From IMG/VR virus record IMGVR_UViG_3300028603_000035: 64,000 nucleotides of DNA; one strand, 5' to 3'. This DNA is from an uncultured virus (IMG/VR IMGVR_UViG_3300028603_000035) (Duplodnaviria > Heunggongvirae > Uroviricota > Caudoviricetes > Crassvirales). The notes under the pieces were generated by a model that was not told the DNA's origin, ran no database searches, and saw only the letters and a list, made by a program, of their open reading frames with translations. Positions 27,301-37,600 of this stretch are shown here, piece by piece. Numbering within the stretch: position 1 is the stretch's first letter; every line of letters starts with the position of its first letter. Position numbers and translations under genes: made by a program.

Positions 27301-30300
27301 CGACAAGATGTCTAAGTACATACCTATATTCCGTCTTGCTCCCATTACACCTTCGTGAGGTTTGAGATTATCTTTGATGACGGCTTGCACTTCGGGTTCT
27401 TCTCTTAGCATAACAGCTATATCATTCATATAGTTACTATATCTCTTTTTATCTACGACAGCGTATTTAACAATATTATCTTTCTCTTGCTTTTTCAACC
27501 CGTAACTCTCAAGCATAACCTTTTCATTAAATCCTTTCTTTTCAGCTTCGGGTAGGCTGTTAAACGTACGCTCATACAGCATATCAACAAAATCTTTAGT
27601 CTTGATGACATTCCTATGCATAGCCGTCGTCGTACTTCGCTTATTAACATCTACCTTATACCTGCTTATCTCCTTAGCAAGAGAATACCTATTGCCCCAA
27701 CCTCTACCTATCGGTACATTCCTATTAGACTCCACCTTTCTGCTTGCCTCCTGTACGGCAGGAAGCAACAATATATGTCGTATTACCTCTATAGCATATT
27801 CGACAGGTTTATTCTTTTCCGTAGCATCGTTTATAGTATAATATGTATTGTTATCCTTTGTAACCTTTTTTAAGCCGTATTCACGCACCATCTCATCTTC
27901 CGAATAGTTATTATCAACCGCACGCTTGGACTCGTACAAGAGCTTAAAATAGCCCTCATTTTCGATACTCATTATTATCCCTGCCACCAACGAGAAATTC
28001 TCCGTGCTTACACCTAACTTACCAATAGCATTATTCAACTTCACATTGTCGGTACAAGCGTTGACAAGCTCCAAAGTAATATCCAAAAACCATTGCTTTA
28101 AACTGTCATCATTAAACAGCCTTAGCTTATTAACCATTTCAGCTTCGTGGTCGGTATGCTTGTCATCAGCAAGAACCTTATTGTATAAAGCCGATATGTT
28201 ACCCACCGACGTCTGCATATTGATAAAATATCCTATAAGGTGTTTAGCCTTGATAGCTTCTTCATACTGTCTGTAAGTATGGTTTATGGTGTTATACGTA
28301 CCCTCTATAGCATCTATATCTTCCGTTACCTTCTTGATGTTATCCGTAGTGATACTATTAAGAATACTAACAGCATTATCGGGGTTGGCATAGTAAGACA
28401 TTATACTATCCACCACTAAACGTCGTAATTGCTTATTAGCATTTAAATCTCCCATAGGACTTGTAGGTAGATAGTAAAGGTTAAGTTCGTCAATATCGAA
28501 GTCTGAGCCGTCTAACAATGATTTCTTAGGGCTTACCAACATAGTACTGCCGATAGTGTTATCCCACTCTACAATACGAGAGGGGAAGCCTGCCGACATC
28601 TCATTAGTAGGTATACGTAGCGAATACAGATTGCAAGCATCGTTAAGATAATAATAATACGATGCCAAAGCATAATTAACAGCATCAACGGATATAGTAC
28701 CGCCGTGCTTGGTAGTCTTAACGAAATGGTCTACGATATACTTCTTGACATTCTTATTATATCCTTTCAACATACCGCCCACCTTAACACGTATATCCTT
28801 TTTCTTATTATCTTCTACGACGAAGCTCTTAGCACCGTTAAGTTCTTTATCAAAACGCTGTTGGTTATGTAGTGCTATACGCTCTTTTAACTCCGTCAGC
28901 GTCTCTTTAGCAGTAAGCCTACCTTCTTTCTCGCTGTACTGATAGTCCTCGCTGGTATAGAACAAATCCATAATATTACCTTCTTCGGTGTTTCGCACCG
29001 TAAACACATCTTGCAAACTATCATCCTTAGAAAGACCATACTCATTAAGATAAGGGAATGCCATTACTACCTCCTGCAACCTTATCTTCATACCGCCCTT
29101 TTTATCTTTATTTTTTATATCTTCTAATAATAGTTCTTTACTTGTATACTCATTACCGTCAGCGTCTAAGATACCAAACGGTCGTAGAGGCATCTTAACA
29201 ACCTCACCGTTATCACCTCGACGCAGATAGCTGTCGCTCGGATGCTGTACTACCATACCGCCGTCAACATCCGGATTGAAAACTCTGCTTATCTCCGAAT
29301 AAATGACATTCATTATTTCAGGTTTGACAGCTTCTAATGTGTTATTGTCTAAAGAGAAATGCCTTACCTTTTCGTCGGTATCATTAAAGACTTTATCTTT
29401 AATCTTTTTCACATAGTAATTGACAACCTCATCGACATTATGTTTATTTTTAAGTTTTAACTTGTTAATCTTTTTTATTTCATCGTTAATGATATTGGAT
29501 AGACTTTGCTCTATCTTATCGTAGACCTCTACATTCTTATCGAACATACCGATAATACGTATGGTCTGCTTCATTATACTTTTGTTTTCAGCCTGTGTAG
29601 TATGTATTTTGTTTTGTTGTAGTCCGTAGTTCTTATTAGACATCTTCATTATAGGAACGTCATTACCTGTCGGAAACTGATAGCTACCGTCGGCAGTCTT
29701 ATTCCAATGCACCATACCTATCTGTCCTACCTTCATAGCACTACCGAATATCATCTTATGTCCTACCATATCATAAAGGCGTACCTTATTACCATTATCA
29801 TCGATAGCAGTGGTGTTCCATAGGTATTCAAGGAAGTCATCGTTAGCCTTGTTAAATTCCTCTTGCGTGATGTAACCGTCGTGCTTGATATTCTCCATAA
29901 ACTTATCATACGGATTGATATTGGTTCTATTCCCTTTGTTGTCTTCTACCGTAACCACTCTGTCCAACAGGGTTTGATATATGGTCTTACCTATATCTCT
30001 ATTCCATATAGAAGCTCCTATAGGCATCTCAGAGCATTTCATATACTGCACTATTCCTTGATTGGCATCGGCAGAGAAATTAACGGTCTTGATAGCACCG
30101 TCTCCGACATAGCTCATACTGCCACCCGCACTATTGCTTAATACCGTTTTATAGAAGCCAAGCATATAAACAACACCGTCCGTAGCCAATGCATCTTTGA
30201 TACCGCCAAAGAGACCGTGTCCGTCGGGAATATCCTGAGCCAACACATAGTTAGAATATAATCCTATGTTGGGAGTTTCAGATGCAGGGTCTCCTACTAT

Positions 30301-31434
30301 AGCGTTAGAGGGTGAGGTGTACCCTTCTACCCTCGACAGGAAGTCCGCATCACCACTCATATATTCATTAGAGAAAGCCATATAGTTGGATATGCTCTCG
30401 TTGACCAAGAAAGAAGCAAGATAGTAGGCTTCCAACATAGGGTTATTTCTATTGCTCATAGTTCCTTTCTCTTTGATAGAACCCTTTATCCCCTTGTTAT
30501 ACCTAGCAAGGTCGGACTTATAGCCTATCTTATAACCCACTTCATCCAACATCTCATAGAAAAGGTCTTTGTCTACTTCCAACATATCGTTGAGGTAGGT
30601 GTAATAGTCTTCGTCTTTGTCGAACCTATATTTACCTTTGGCACTCTTGATAGCTTCAACACCGAACAGTCTGTTAGTACCTGCACGTCCAACGACGTAG
30701 TAGCCGTTTTCTATGGTGTAGTCTATGTTCTTCAATAACATTCTTTCGATATACTTAGCTTCTTCCGATTTGTTGATTTTATCAAACGCCACTTCTTTTC
30801 CATTATAAAGCAGTTTTCCGCCTCTTACAGACACTTTCTTTGCATTAGCCACTCTTACCTTACTCATATCGTAAACACGCTTATTAAAGCCTACAATGCC
30901 TTTTACAGCCTTTCCTATAACATCCTTCTTAGGAGTGATAGTTCTCTCTATTTTATCGTGATTAAAGAGAGTATCTATCTTAACGGACGCAAGCAAAGCC
31001 GTAGGTCTATCCCCCGTATGAGTGATGAGAATATCCATATCGTCTTCATTGTTACGTATAACGAAATTATCCAATAGCGTTTTTATCTTGTCGTGCAAGC
31101 TCATACTATCCCAATTCTTACCTTCTAAGGTGGTAGGATTACGTACTCCCGACAGTTCTGCTAAGTTGCCTATCTTGATAACGCCATCCACTAAAGGGGT
31201 GATGCCTTCTAAAGCAGCGAGCTTAACAGGCTTAGATTGCACTGCTACCTCTTTAACTTTAGCAATACGATTAAAGAGTGCAGGATAACCCTCGTCTTTC
31301 ATTTTACGAGCATAAGCATTCACTACACCTCTTTGTTGTCTTATATACTTCTTGACGTCATCTACGTTGTCGAAACGTATTATCTCTCCGTTTATGTTCA
31401 AGGACGGTAAACATCCTGCTTTTCCTTTTGCCAT
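21310..31434 (-). CDS. virion-packaged RNA polymerase polyprotein (catalytic double-psi barrel region plus zincin)
   Basis: RIPT...LDGSDFDIDEL (28489-28509) is the crAss-type catalytic DxDxD motif. ATDG and YMK fit the second barrel. LHELGH zincin at 25441-25455. Confidence 0.9.
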   Translation of the reverse strand: MAKGKAGCLPSLNINGEIIRFDNVDDVKKYIRQQRGVVNAYARKMKDEGYPALFNRIAKVKEVAVQSKPVKLAALEGITPLVDGVIKIGNLAELSGVRNPTTLEGKNWDSMSLHDKIKTLLDNFVIRNNEDDMDILITHTGDRPTALLASVKIDTLFNHDKIERTITPKKDVIGKAVKGIVGFNKRVYDMSKVRVANAKKVSVRGGKLLYNGKEVAFDKINKSEEAKYIERMLLKNIDYTIENGYYVVGRAGTNRLFGVEAIKSAKGKYRFDKDEDYYTYLNDMLEVDKDLFYEMLDEVGYKIGYKSDLARYNKGIKGSIKEKGTMSNRNNPMLEAYYLASFLVNESISNYMAFSNEYMSGDADFLSRVEGYTSPSNAIVGDPASETPNIGLYSNYVLAQDIPDGHGLFGGIKDALATDGVVYMLGFYKTVLSNSAGGSMSYVGDGAIKTVNFSADANQGIVQYMKCSEMPIGASIWNRDIGKTIYQTLLDRVVTVEDNKGNRTNINPYDKFMENIKHDGYITQEEFNKANDDFLEYLWNTTAIDDNGNKVRLYDMVGHKMIFGSAMKVGQIGMVHWNKTADGSYQFPTGNDVPIMKMSNKNYGLQQNKIHTTQAENKSIMKQTIRIIGMFDKNVEVYDKIEQSLSNIINDEIKKINKLKLKNKHNVDEVVNYYVKKIKDKVFNDTDEKVRHFSLDNNTLEAVKPEIMNVIYSEISRVFNPDVDGGMVVQHPSDSYLRRGDNGEVVKMPLRPFGILDADGNEYTSKELLLEDIKNKDKKGGMKIRLQEVVMAFPYLNEYGLSKDDSLQDVFTVRNTEEGNIMDLFYTSEDYQYSEKEGRLTAKETLTELKERIALHNQQRFDKELNGAKSFVVEDNKKKDIRVKVGGMLKGYNKNVKKYIVDHFVKTTKHGGTISVDAVNYALASYYYYLNDACNLYSLRIPTNEMSAGFPSRIVEWDNTIGSTMLVSPKKSLLDGSDFDIDELNLYYLPTSPMGDLNANKQLRRLVVDSIMSYYANPDNAVSILNSITTDNIKKVTEDIDAIEGTYNTINHTYRQYEEAIKAKHLIGYFINMQTSVGNISALYNKVLADDKHTDHEAEMVNKLRLFNDDSLKQWFLDITLELVNACTDNVKLNNAIGKLGVSTENFSLVAGIIMSIENEGYFKLLYESKRAVDNNYSEDEMVREYGLKKVTKDNNTYYTINDATEKNKPVEYAIEVIRHILLLPAVQEASRKVESNRNVPIGRGWGNRYSLAKEISRYKVDVNKRSTTTAMHRNVIKTKDFVDMLYERTFNSLPEAEKKGFNEKVMLESYGLKKQEKDNIVKYAVVDKKRYSNYMNDIAVMLREEPEVQAVIKDNLKPHEGVMGARRNIGMYLDILSGRYEPKEEITISKEEANVIKMAIDIGDAVSAYSKMKLEDFKHEPQQMYNVIFNIAKTLGITETTKTVDGKKVIENTVADNLKRTIDDINKGLEPKVDLSQAQQRYNIKTSEYNRLYDVFDYMMLLKYDKYLQSKIQMLLQMYSVKNNMFMTEQLIDAVVNRFTMENKMSYLERSDFVLLRKEVDKLYTGNMVNNVVTVGGITYDLTTEQRFDFLHNLKDIIADIRELFPDNYFLQSIRPISFKNNVIYGIPNLKYLANTEKKKLSAAYYQIVNASNSNNTTTAENAETVLRVVESMNMLQQGYHGNSLDLSSVITPKYNIYDVHKAKNVDAMINEIIDSVNHKEVKNTADDSHINEGFYRYLVMRGGAAKGIIDTKYNIVEGHTVEVVTDDKEAAYTMSVADGVTNATAFFDADRNSYINPWGYVFNMYGINGRATPILKEGNNTMAYISEAWLAKAMKKEDILLTEADQKVNYIQETQELSAAEKAFEEMNADEVKEAEKKAEESIAKFLKRKVGDKVLLGSTVYDITQPETGGQVILQATKTTKDKKLEARIPAKNRISNRTSKRHLELFLDHLARVFPNVRIEYLNRGSFVSHVKNGVLYINMDRIGADVALHELGHIYTIILKATNIDAYNSLMREAQELVNNNAPVVQMIRQHYGEIDNESMLYEVIGNTLQIENADAMEALMLQLNASQEQKNIFRRFWEAVKAAFRNIGKSIQRIFGGKNLRVDGNMTIRDLGDVIMDAIATGKALSYMTSEDVADTYGTQLNSMFTSSINTIHDLYNCFSESTDKYQGKTDDEITDMIYDAVLKSKNSQIAYNNRIYDFKAMSQEDIKKTIRKDIVPFLSMNMHNAKQNIIKSIVEFNGRTSDETTLVGLLQNNLGKTEYDKPLYSIQSCVNLSKILQVDKTKRYYLLSDMIKNTNGIMDKNMTKFADAFASMKDFEGFDPIIAVEYVGEEMIISIYDFTAKGFSNVDPLVGRKNIAFRLGVLDREAAALGIELKNEEFDVRSLMLTVMTNMLKDKGIKVRDVSVTKLNYGEDDRSTANKRVDMRRMNHNIVLLNQVEGFNSLIKNEDIKKVFEKPEEKLFINDINYWDLLGSLYTDYYAHPKKKYGEGVYDRVIYGAYDNLIDGTLTREQKLNLIRWRLKELSNISSESMTDYQISERRLLLDISKHFDETARFVSNYSTEDVLHAVNRYYNTFDIESEEVQFVRQHIINGQNKIVYRVREKKKEMKHIWEYFLEHKSDGRKRFTNSYYLFEDLFASHITKDGKRAFNGMILWTTDKDLDSINYRQAQQMIAEGKLTQQDLDMAKEIAIEVENVYIKLLKHEQWKKTGSEDVVEYRTDALGREHKEVRKLTDDEWREKLYKRGFKRGMIPIMQKNYIDGMKSALKKWKIEQRLTGTQYAEATLNFYAADSERAVDSITNIFLDQIAASELNLEVQRDPDNISPAIDNYEMHVKRNFYLGLIRDDVTGEVVFREGNGESLNQNINKNLESVFDYFNLVMERKMTHEKETLPFINEFTRVIEFGKAYSADKNLKAQVDIIRNMIEMCIKGSSYKIKEFIPVGNTSVGEFATMVTKGMVAGQMFANINVAINVSTINLLKSLTEKFAKDPFTGKSFGKSLRYTMRNINKSFMLAVDSGIVRQTEQDIYRAGYAGSVSNKSWFTSYTAGLMTWASDSYFRVSTLISRLMDSGAIKGYDKDLQNYDDTKDPRMFNEDGSQTDAQKAFWNKMKEIHRSEGVALRVDSNGVEHLTRPFTMGEYNAIKEYSDKRVAGNYDNLGSSIIKNSVVGRMAMTYFSWFPSAMKGLVGKSMKHDSIYQYNVDDAGNVYKDVYFSEGMLTTLANIGKRAWRSRDLRVWNHVQSDFQRNNLKRMFATVGLGVMLKIAYNFLIISEWDDDDKYGIVKEYRLLKNFDYASEGLFAFMYSDALQRIWHPFPVVDGIASVFTDYKGRFNFNARRALAYVPGANTVSAVMEATTGSNLYDMMTEDDEG

Positions 31435-31438
31435 AATA

Positions 31439-31669
31439 TTATTTTATTTTATTTTTAATTTGCCAATCAGGGAACAAACTGCCATCATCGGCATAATCTT
31501 CCATTACAGGTAGAGTTTCAACAAGTTTATCTATGCAACCATGACAGCCTTCCTTTAACTTCTCCTTCACCCAAACAGCCTTGTCTTTTGGTATTATCAC
31601 TTTATCCCCCGCCTCATTGACGAGAAACAATTCCCTATCTTCTACTTCAACTTTCATTCCTTTATCCAT
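31439..31669 (-). CDS. small protein between the two giant cargo genes
   Basis: 76 aa; VEVEDRELFL...GCHGCID...YADDG; tightly coupled to both neighbours. Confidence 0.7.
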   Translation of the reverse strand: MDKGMKVEVEDRELFLVNEAGDKVIIPKDKAVWVKEKLKEGCHGCIDKLVETLPVMEDYADDGSLFPDWQIKNKIK

Positions 31670-31682
31670 ATCTTCTTAATTT

Positions 31683-34600
31683 TTATTTTTTAGCTATCAA
31701 CAATCCATTCACAGCAAGCACATCACCGTCCTCACGAGCGAAGGTAAAACCTCTATCTGTGAGCTTGATGTCAATACCGCCCTCGCTGTGCGTAGCACCG
31801 TCAAACTCCTCTATCATCGTCCACTTACTGCCCTTAGTGAAATCATTACCACGCATACCTTCTTCCACCTTAGGAACGGTAGGAACACAAGGATTATTGT
31901 TCTCATCGGTGTATATCAACGTCTCATCGTCTATCATCATATCTATAATATCTTCTATATCGCCGTCCTCAAGTTCGACAGTGTCGTCAAAGGTATACTC
32001 CGTAGCTTCTTTCACTAACTGTTCTATAACTACAGCATCCGGATTATACATCGTCATATCTTGCGACAACGATGCTATCTTACCGCTATTGTTTAACGCC
32101 AATGTAAGCGGTGTCTTTACTTTTATATTACTCACATTCTCCCCTTCGGCATTCTTAGACGTGCTACTCAGGATTACCTCTATCCCTTGATTTAACAACG
32201 ACACATAACTTAACGGTATCTCAGGCTTGACGCCAAGAGCAGGATTGAAAGTATGAAGCATATCTATCACCTGTATAGCCGTATTGACAGCCTTCCTGTT
32301 AACTCTATACTTCCCTTCATTCTGCAACGAAGGATTATAGATATTCTCTGAAACGATATAGTTGTCGTATACCGCCACAAGAAGTCTTTCTATCGCCTGT
32401 ACGTCTTCTACGCTAAACTCCTGTAGCTTGGTATTTATCTTCCCTTGCACTACAACGCCATCACCGTTAGTGTATTTATAAGTGATAGTATCCTTGTAAC
32501 CGTTAATCTTATATTCTTTTTTCAGCTTCTTAGCTCTGTCGGTAAAACCATAGTTCTCATTATGTTCTTCAAACATATTGTTATAGGCTATGTCTCCTAT
32601 CATTTTGTTAGTACTTGACGATGTAAAGTTGATCATACTGACAATAGTGTTATCTACATTAGCAACGTGGCTGTTGACAACATCCATACTATTAAAATAA
32701 TTGACAAAGGTGTTTATGACGTTAGCAGTGATAGCGGCTCTTTTCTCAATAAGGATTGCTTCCACCTGATTATAGAAATTACCTGTAGCATCCTTCAACA
32801 ACTTATTGGATATACTCCCTTCTTCTAAATAGTCATTGATACGTTGTAACATAAAACCATAACCGTAGTTGTTAAAATTAAAACCTTGATAGTTATCCGA
32901 CCACTCATTGTAAAAGAAAGTGTTCATACTCTCCTCGTTGTTCTTATCATACCCCTTAGGTGCTTCATTAGAGAAATAGCTATATATGGCTTGTGTGGTA
33001 TATTTACTGTTAGTGCCGTCATTGATTTGAGATTTTATCAATGCCATAATATCATCATAACCTAACACTATCTTATCTTTGAACTTATTATTTATATCTT
33101 CCGTGAAGATAAGATTACACTTCTTAATGATAGAGCTGAACTCCGAGAATGAGACATTACTCATAAACTTACCTTTCCTATAAGTGATGTTCTCTATCAT
33201 ATCTTTAAATTTATAATTGGTGTGGTCATTAACACCCGACGGCTTATTGAAGGTCTGACTTGACGTCAGCATCTTATGGTCTATCTTCTTACCGTGTTTT
33301 TCCTTTTGTTTCACAAGTCTCTCGGTGTCGCTTATCATCTCACGCATATCTATAAAGGGGTCTAACATCTGCATATAGATATTGACCATATCATTATTTC
33401 CTTTATAAGCTCTCTCCATCATCGGATAATGGAATGCCAATGTTGCTAATGCTAATTTAGGATTACTATATATATGCCCCGTTATATCTCCTGCCAACCT
33501 TCTTATCAGGTCTGCATTTCCAATATCGGATTTGATATTAGGATTAGTGGTCATCTCTGTAAACATAGCCACGTCCAATTCGTTGTTGTTATATAATAAT
33601 TCTTTCAAGGTAAGTTCTTTTTCTACCGTAACGCCGTCCTCAACGACATTATACGAAATAACGAGACCGTCTATCTCCTCGAAGTTAGCCTCAGAGATAA
33701 GGTTAAGATATACCGATGCCACCTCCCTATAGCTGTCTTTAGGCTTCAACACTATTTTGCCTGTCTCTATAGAGCGGTTAAGGATAATCTTTAGTTGGGT
33801 GTCCAACACATTATCTATAATGTTTATCTTACCACCATAGAAATTAGATAATTCCGTTACCGCCTCGTAGCTGTTGTATTCGTTAGACAACGAACCTCGT
33901 GCTATAGCATATCTGTCTTCACGAAGAAGATTATTATTGTATTTATGTAAGGCTTCGTTGGCGTAGAAGCCACTGTCGGCACGACTGTACAACTTCTCTA
34001 TCGTACGTCTATTTTTCATAAACCTTTCAAAAAACCTTTTTAAAGCATAATAGAGGCGTTCTAAGAAATTTTTAGGTTTAGTCGATGGTTTATACTTATA
34101 ATTCTCGAAACCCTCGCAAATCGCCTCTAATACGTCCGTATCGGTAGGAACAGTGCCTTCACCTCTCATCTTATGCTCCCGCATCAGGATAGCCCTTTGT
34201 GCCGACATCACCCTGTCATACTCATCAGGAGACAAGCAGAAGTCAAGGACAAAGTGCATAGCCTCGTGTCTCGCTATAACAGGCATAAGACTTCCCGAAC
34301 GGTAAGATAACGTTATGATATTACCCGACAACTTACCGAAGACCTCTCTGCTTACACCCTCCTCTATTATACGCTCATTAAACTTCAAATTGTTAGAAAC
34401 AAAGCTATCGCCTACGATACGTTGCACTTCGGCAGTAGCAGCACGTACATCGTCATCTGTAGACATATCGACAGCCTCACCCTCCTTAGAAATCCTAAAG
34501 ACACTAAAACCATTACCCTCATTATTATTAAAGAAAGGGTCTCCCTTAACTTGATTATCTAAATCTTCTGTTCCAATACCTGATTCTTGAATAGAACCAA

Positions 34601-37600
34601 ACGATTTTTTATTAAATTTCTCAACCCAACTTTTAAACTGCTCTACATTACCATTAGGATTTTGTTCTAAATATTCAGAATATAGTTGTTGAGCTTCTTG
34701 TTTTTGTTCTGGGGTTATTTGATTAGTAGATTTATATTCTTTTACTAAACTATCAAAAGATTCCTTCACAATGTCATAAGCAGTTGTATTTAACCCCAAT
34801 AGTGTAACAATCTCACTTATAATCTTTTCAAAAAAAGATTGGTTATCAGAAAATGTTTTCTTTTTTAATTTATTTACAAAATTTTTATTAGCTAATTCGG
34901 CTAATAATTCATTAGCGTTCGTTAAGCCATATTCTCCAAAAAAGTCTCTATCTTTTTTAAGCTCTTCAATAAGATTATTGAGATTATTTAAAGCTGTTTT
35001 TTGAACATCTGTTAAAATAGCATCTTCTTCTAAATTTATAAATGTAGCAGCATGGATTATCTCATGTAATAAGGTCCTTCTGAAATCTGAATTTGGTAAA
35101 TGCAGTATTTCTAAATTGATGGTCTTATTAGTAGAGTCATAATACCCATTTCTTTTTTTACCTACTTTATTTAAACTGCCAAACCTGAAGGTTATTTGTG
35201 GTAAAATACTTCGTAAATCATTATAAATATCATTATCAAATATACTATTATCGAGTAAGCTTTCTAATTCTGAAAAACTATATAATTTACCTTGCTTTAT
35301 ATTGTTTTTATTTGCTATTTCTATTCGTTTTCTAATATTAATATTCTGCTTAACTCTTGCTTGCATTTCAGAAAAAGATTCTCCTTCTTTTTTAGGAATT
35401 TCATTTTCTTCTATAGAAAGTAAATCTTTGCTAATAGAGACTCCTATTTCTGGTTTTGTTTTAAACCCTAAAGCTTCATATACAGCATTAGCTAATTCAG
35501 GATTAGATTCAAATAACTGTTGAGCTTGTTGTTTTTGTTCTGGGATTATTTGAGTGTTAGTTTCTTCTTGATTATTAATTGTATTATTTATATTAGACGC
35601 TCCTCCAACAGGAGGTTTGCTGTCAGCACCCTTCTCGGTAATCTCTAACGTGGGCGTAGAGACATCGATAACCTTAGAGACAAGATTGTTTAAATACAAT
35701 GTTTCGTTGGAAGCAGCAAGGACATTAGTCATAAAGATAGCCTTATTCCAAGCCATATCCAAAGCTCCCTTCCTGCTGTTGTCTGCAATCTTAATAGCAA
35801 GGTCTATCTGATTTAACATATTAGCCATAGTATTCTTAACGTTGACCTTACCACCTTTAACTTTCTTCTTATTGCCCAACTTAAAATCAATAAACTTCTT
35901 GCTGAAATCATAAAGGTTAACCTTCTCTAATCTCTCCCTGTTAGCGTATAAGAAGTCCGTAAGCTCACTCGCCTGCATTTCCATAGCTAAACGTGCTATG
36001 TCATTACCTATAGCAGCCTCATCACCTTTTAATATCTTATTATACCTCTTACGAAAGTCTTTAGCCATAGTCTTCATATTAGCGATATAGCTATCGTCTA
36101 CCTTAGCAGCATCGCAGTGTATATCCACCTTCCGTCCGTCAATCATAAAAGTAGCAATAACGCTGAACCTATTACTATCGGCTTGCTCCCAATCCACTAT
36201 GCTCTCTCCTTTATTTACCCTTCTGCCGACAAGCTCCTGCAACGGATAAGCAATCTCACTAATGATATGAGTGCCATTGCTGACATCACCAACAACATAA
36301 CTCCCTTGCTTAAATGCCACCTTGCGGATATTCTTTATCTTATCTATCTGATAAGCCACATTGCTATCATCGAAGCTGTGGTCTTCCGAATACTGCTTCT
36401 CACAGTCCATAAGCCACCGCTCTATATCATTCAATATATCACTTGCTTCTTTTTCATCTTTAGCCTTCACATATTTGGCAACCATAGCGTCAAGTTGTTT
36501 ACGTGTAGCTTCGGTGTTGTTGCTGAAACGTAAACGCTCCTGAACACCTACTATCTTGTCGCCATCCTTATATAACACCACATTATAATAAGTAACGCTC
36601 TTAGTGCTTTCAGTCTTACTATCCCATTGGAAGAAAGAAAGTTCTTCGTGGTATTCCGCTTTTACCTCCTTACCTTTAAGTTTATAAGCACCGTCGCCAC
36701 GTAGCTTCTTAAAAAACGGATGGTCGTAGAACTCTACCCTGCTCTGAGGAAGGTTCTGTCCTTGCACAGCTATAGCAGGGATAGCATTCAACGGCGTACG
36801 TATATGCCCATACAGGGTAGCACCAAAATAATATTGCTTCTTCTCTTTATTCTCCACCCTCTGATAGGTATGACCAAACTCTACATCCGTCAACACATCG
36901 CCATTGGCAAGATGATAATAGACAACTTTATCTCCCATTACCATTTTAAGCTCTTTCCCGACAATATAAGAAACGTTCTTTGTTTTTAGGTTCTGATACC
37001 TACTATTACGCTCAGCGTCCTCTAAAGGCATTATAACGCCTAATTTAAGCAATGCATCCTTGTCGGCAAAAATATCTTCCACCTTGACTTCCTCACCCTG
37101 CTCCGACTTAATAGAGCTATATATGCTCTCGTAACTCTTGCCGTCGAAAACAAAAATGGTATCGTCGGTAGTAAACCTATTGTTGAAAGTCGTCGTTACT
37201 CGCTTGCCGGGAGTGAGAACGAAATTCAAGAAGTGAACCTTGTTTACCTTATAGCCTTTAGCTGCTAATATAGCTATAGCATAAGCAGCCTTCTTCTTAT
37301 TGCCTTCCGCAACCTCGTCAACATTATTCCTTGGCGATTGCGATATGTCCAACTCGTAAATATCAAAGATAGGAGTGAGTGTCTTATCGGCATTCGTCTC
37401 ATAACCCACCACATTAACCATAAAAGGAGTGGCTACATAGTCCGTACCGCCTATATTGACATTTAAATTAGGCGATATTATAGCCGTGTGCTTATTCATA
37501 TCCGCCATCACCTGAATACCGGTGTCGGATATGCTATTCAGTACGACATTATGGATGATATAGAGAATATCCTTTTCGGTGTAATTACCCATATTTATCC

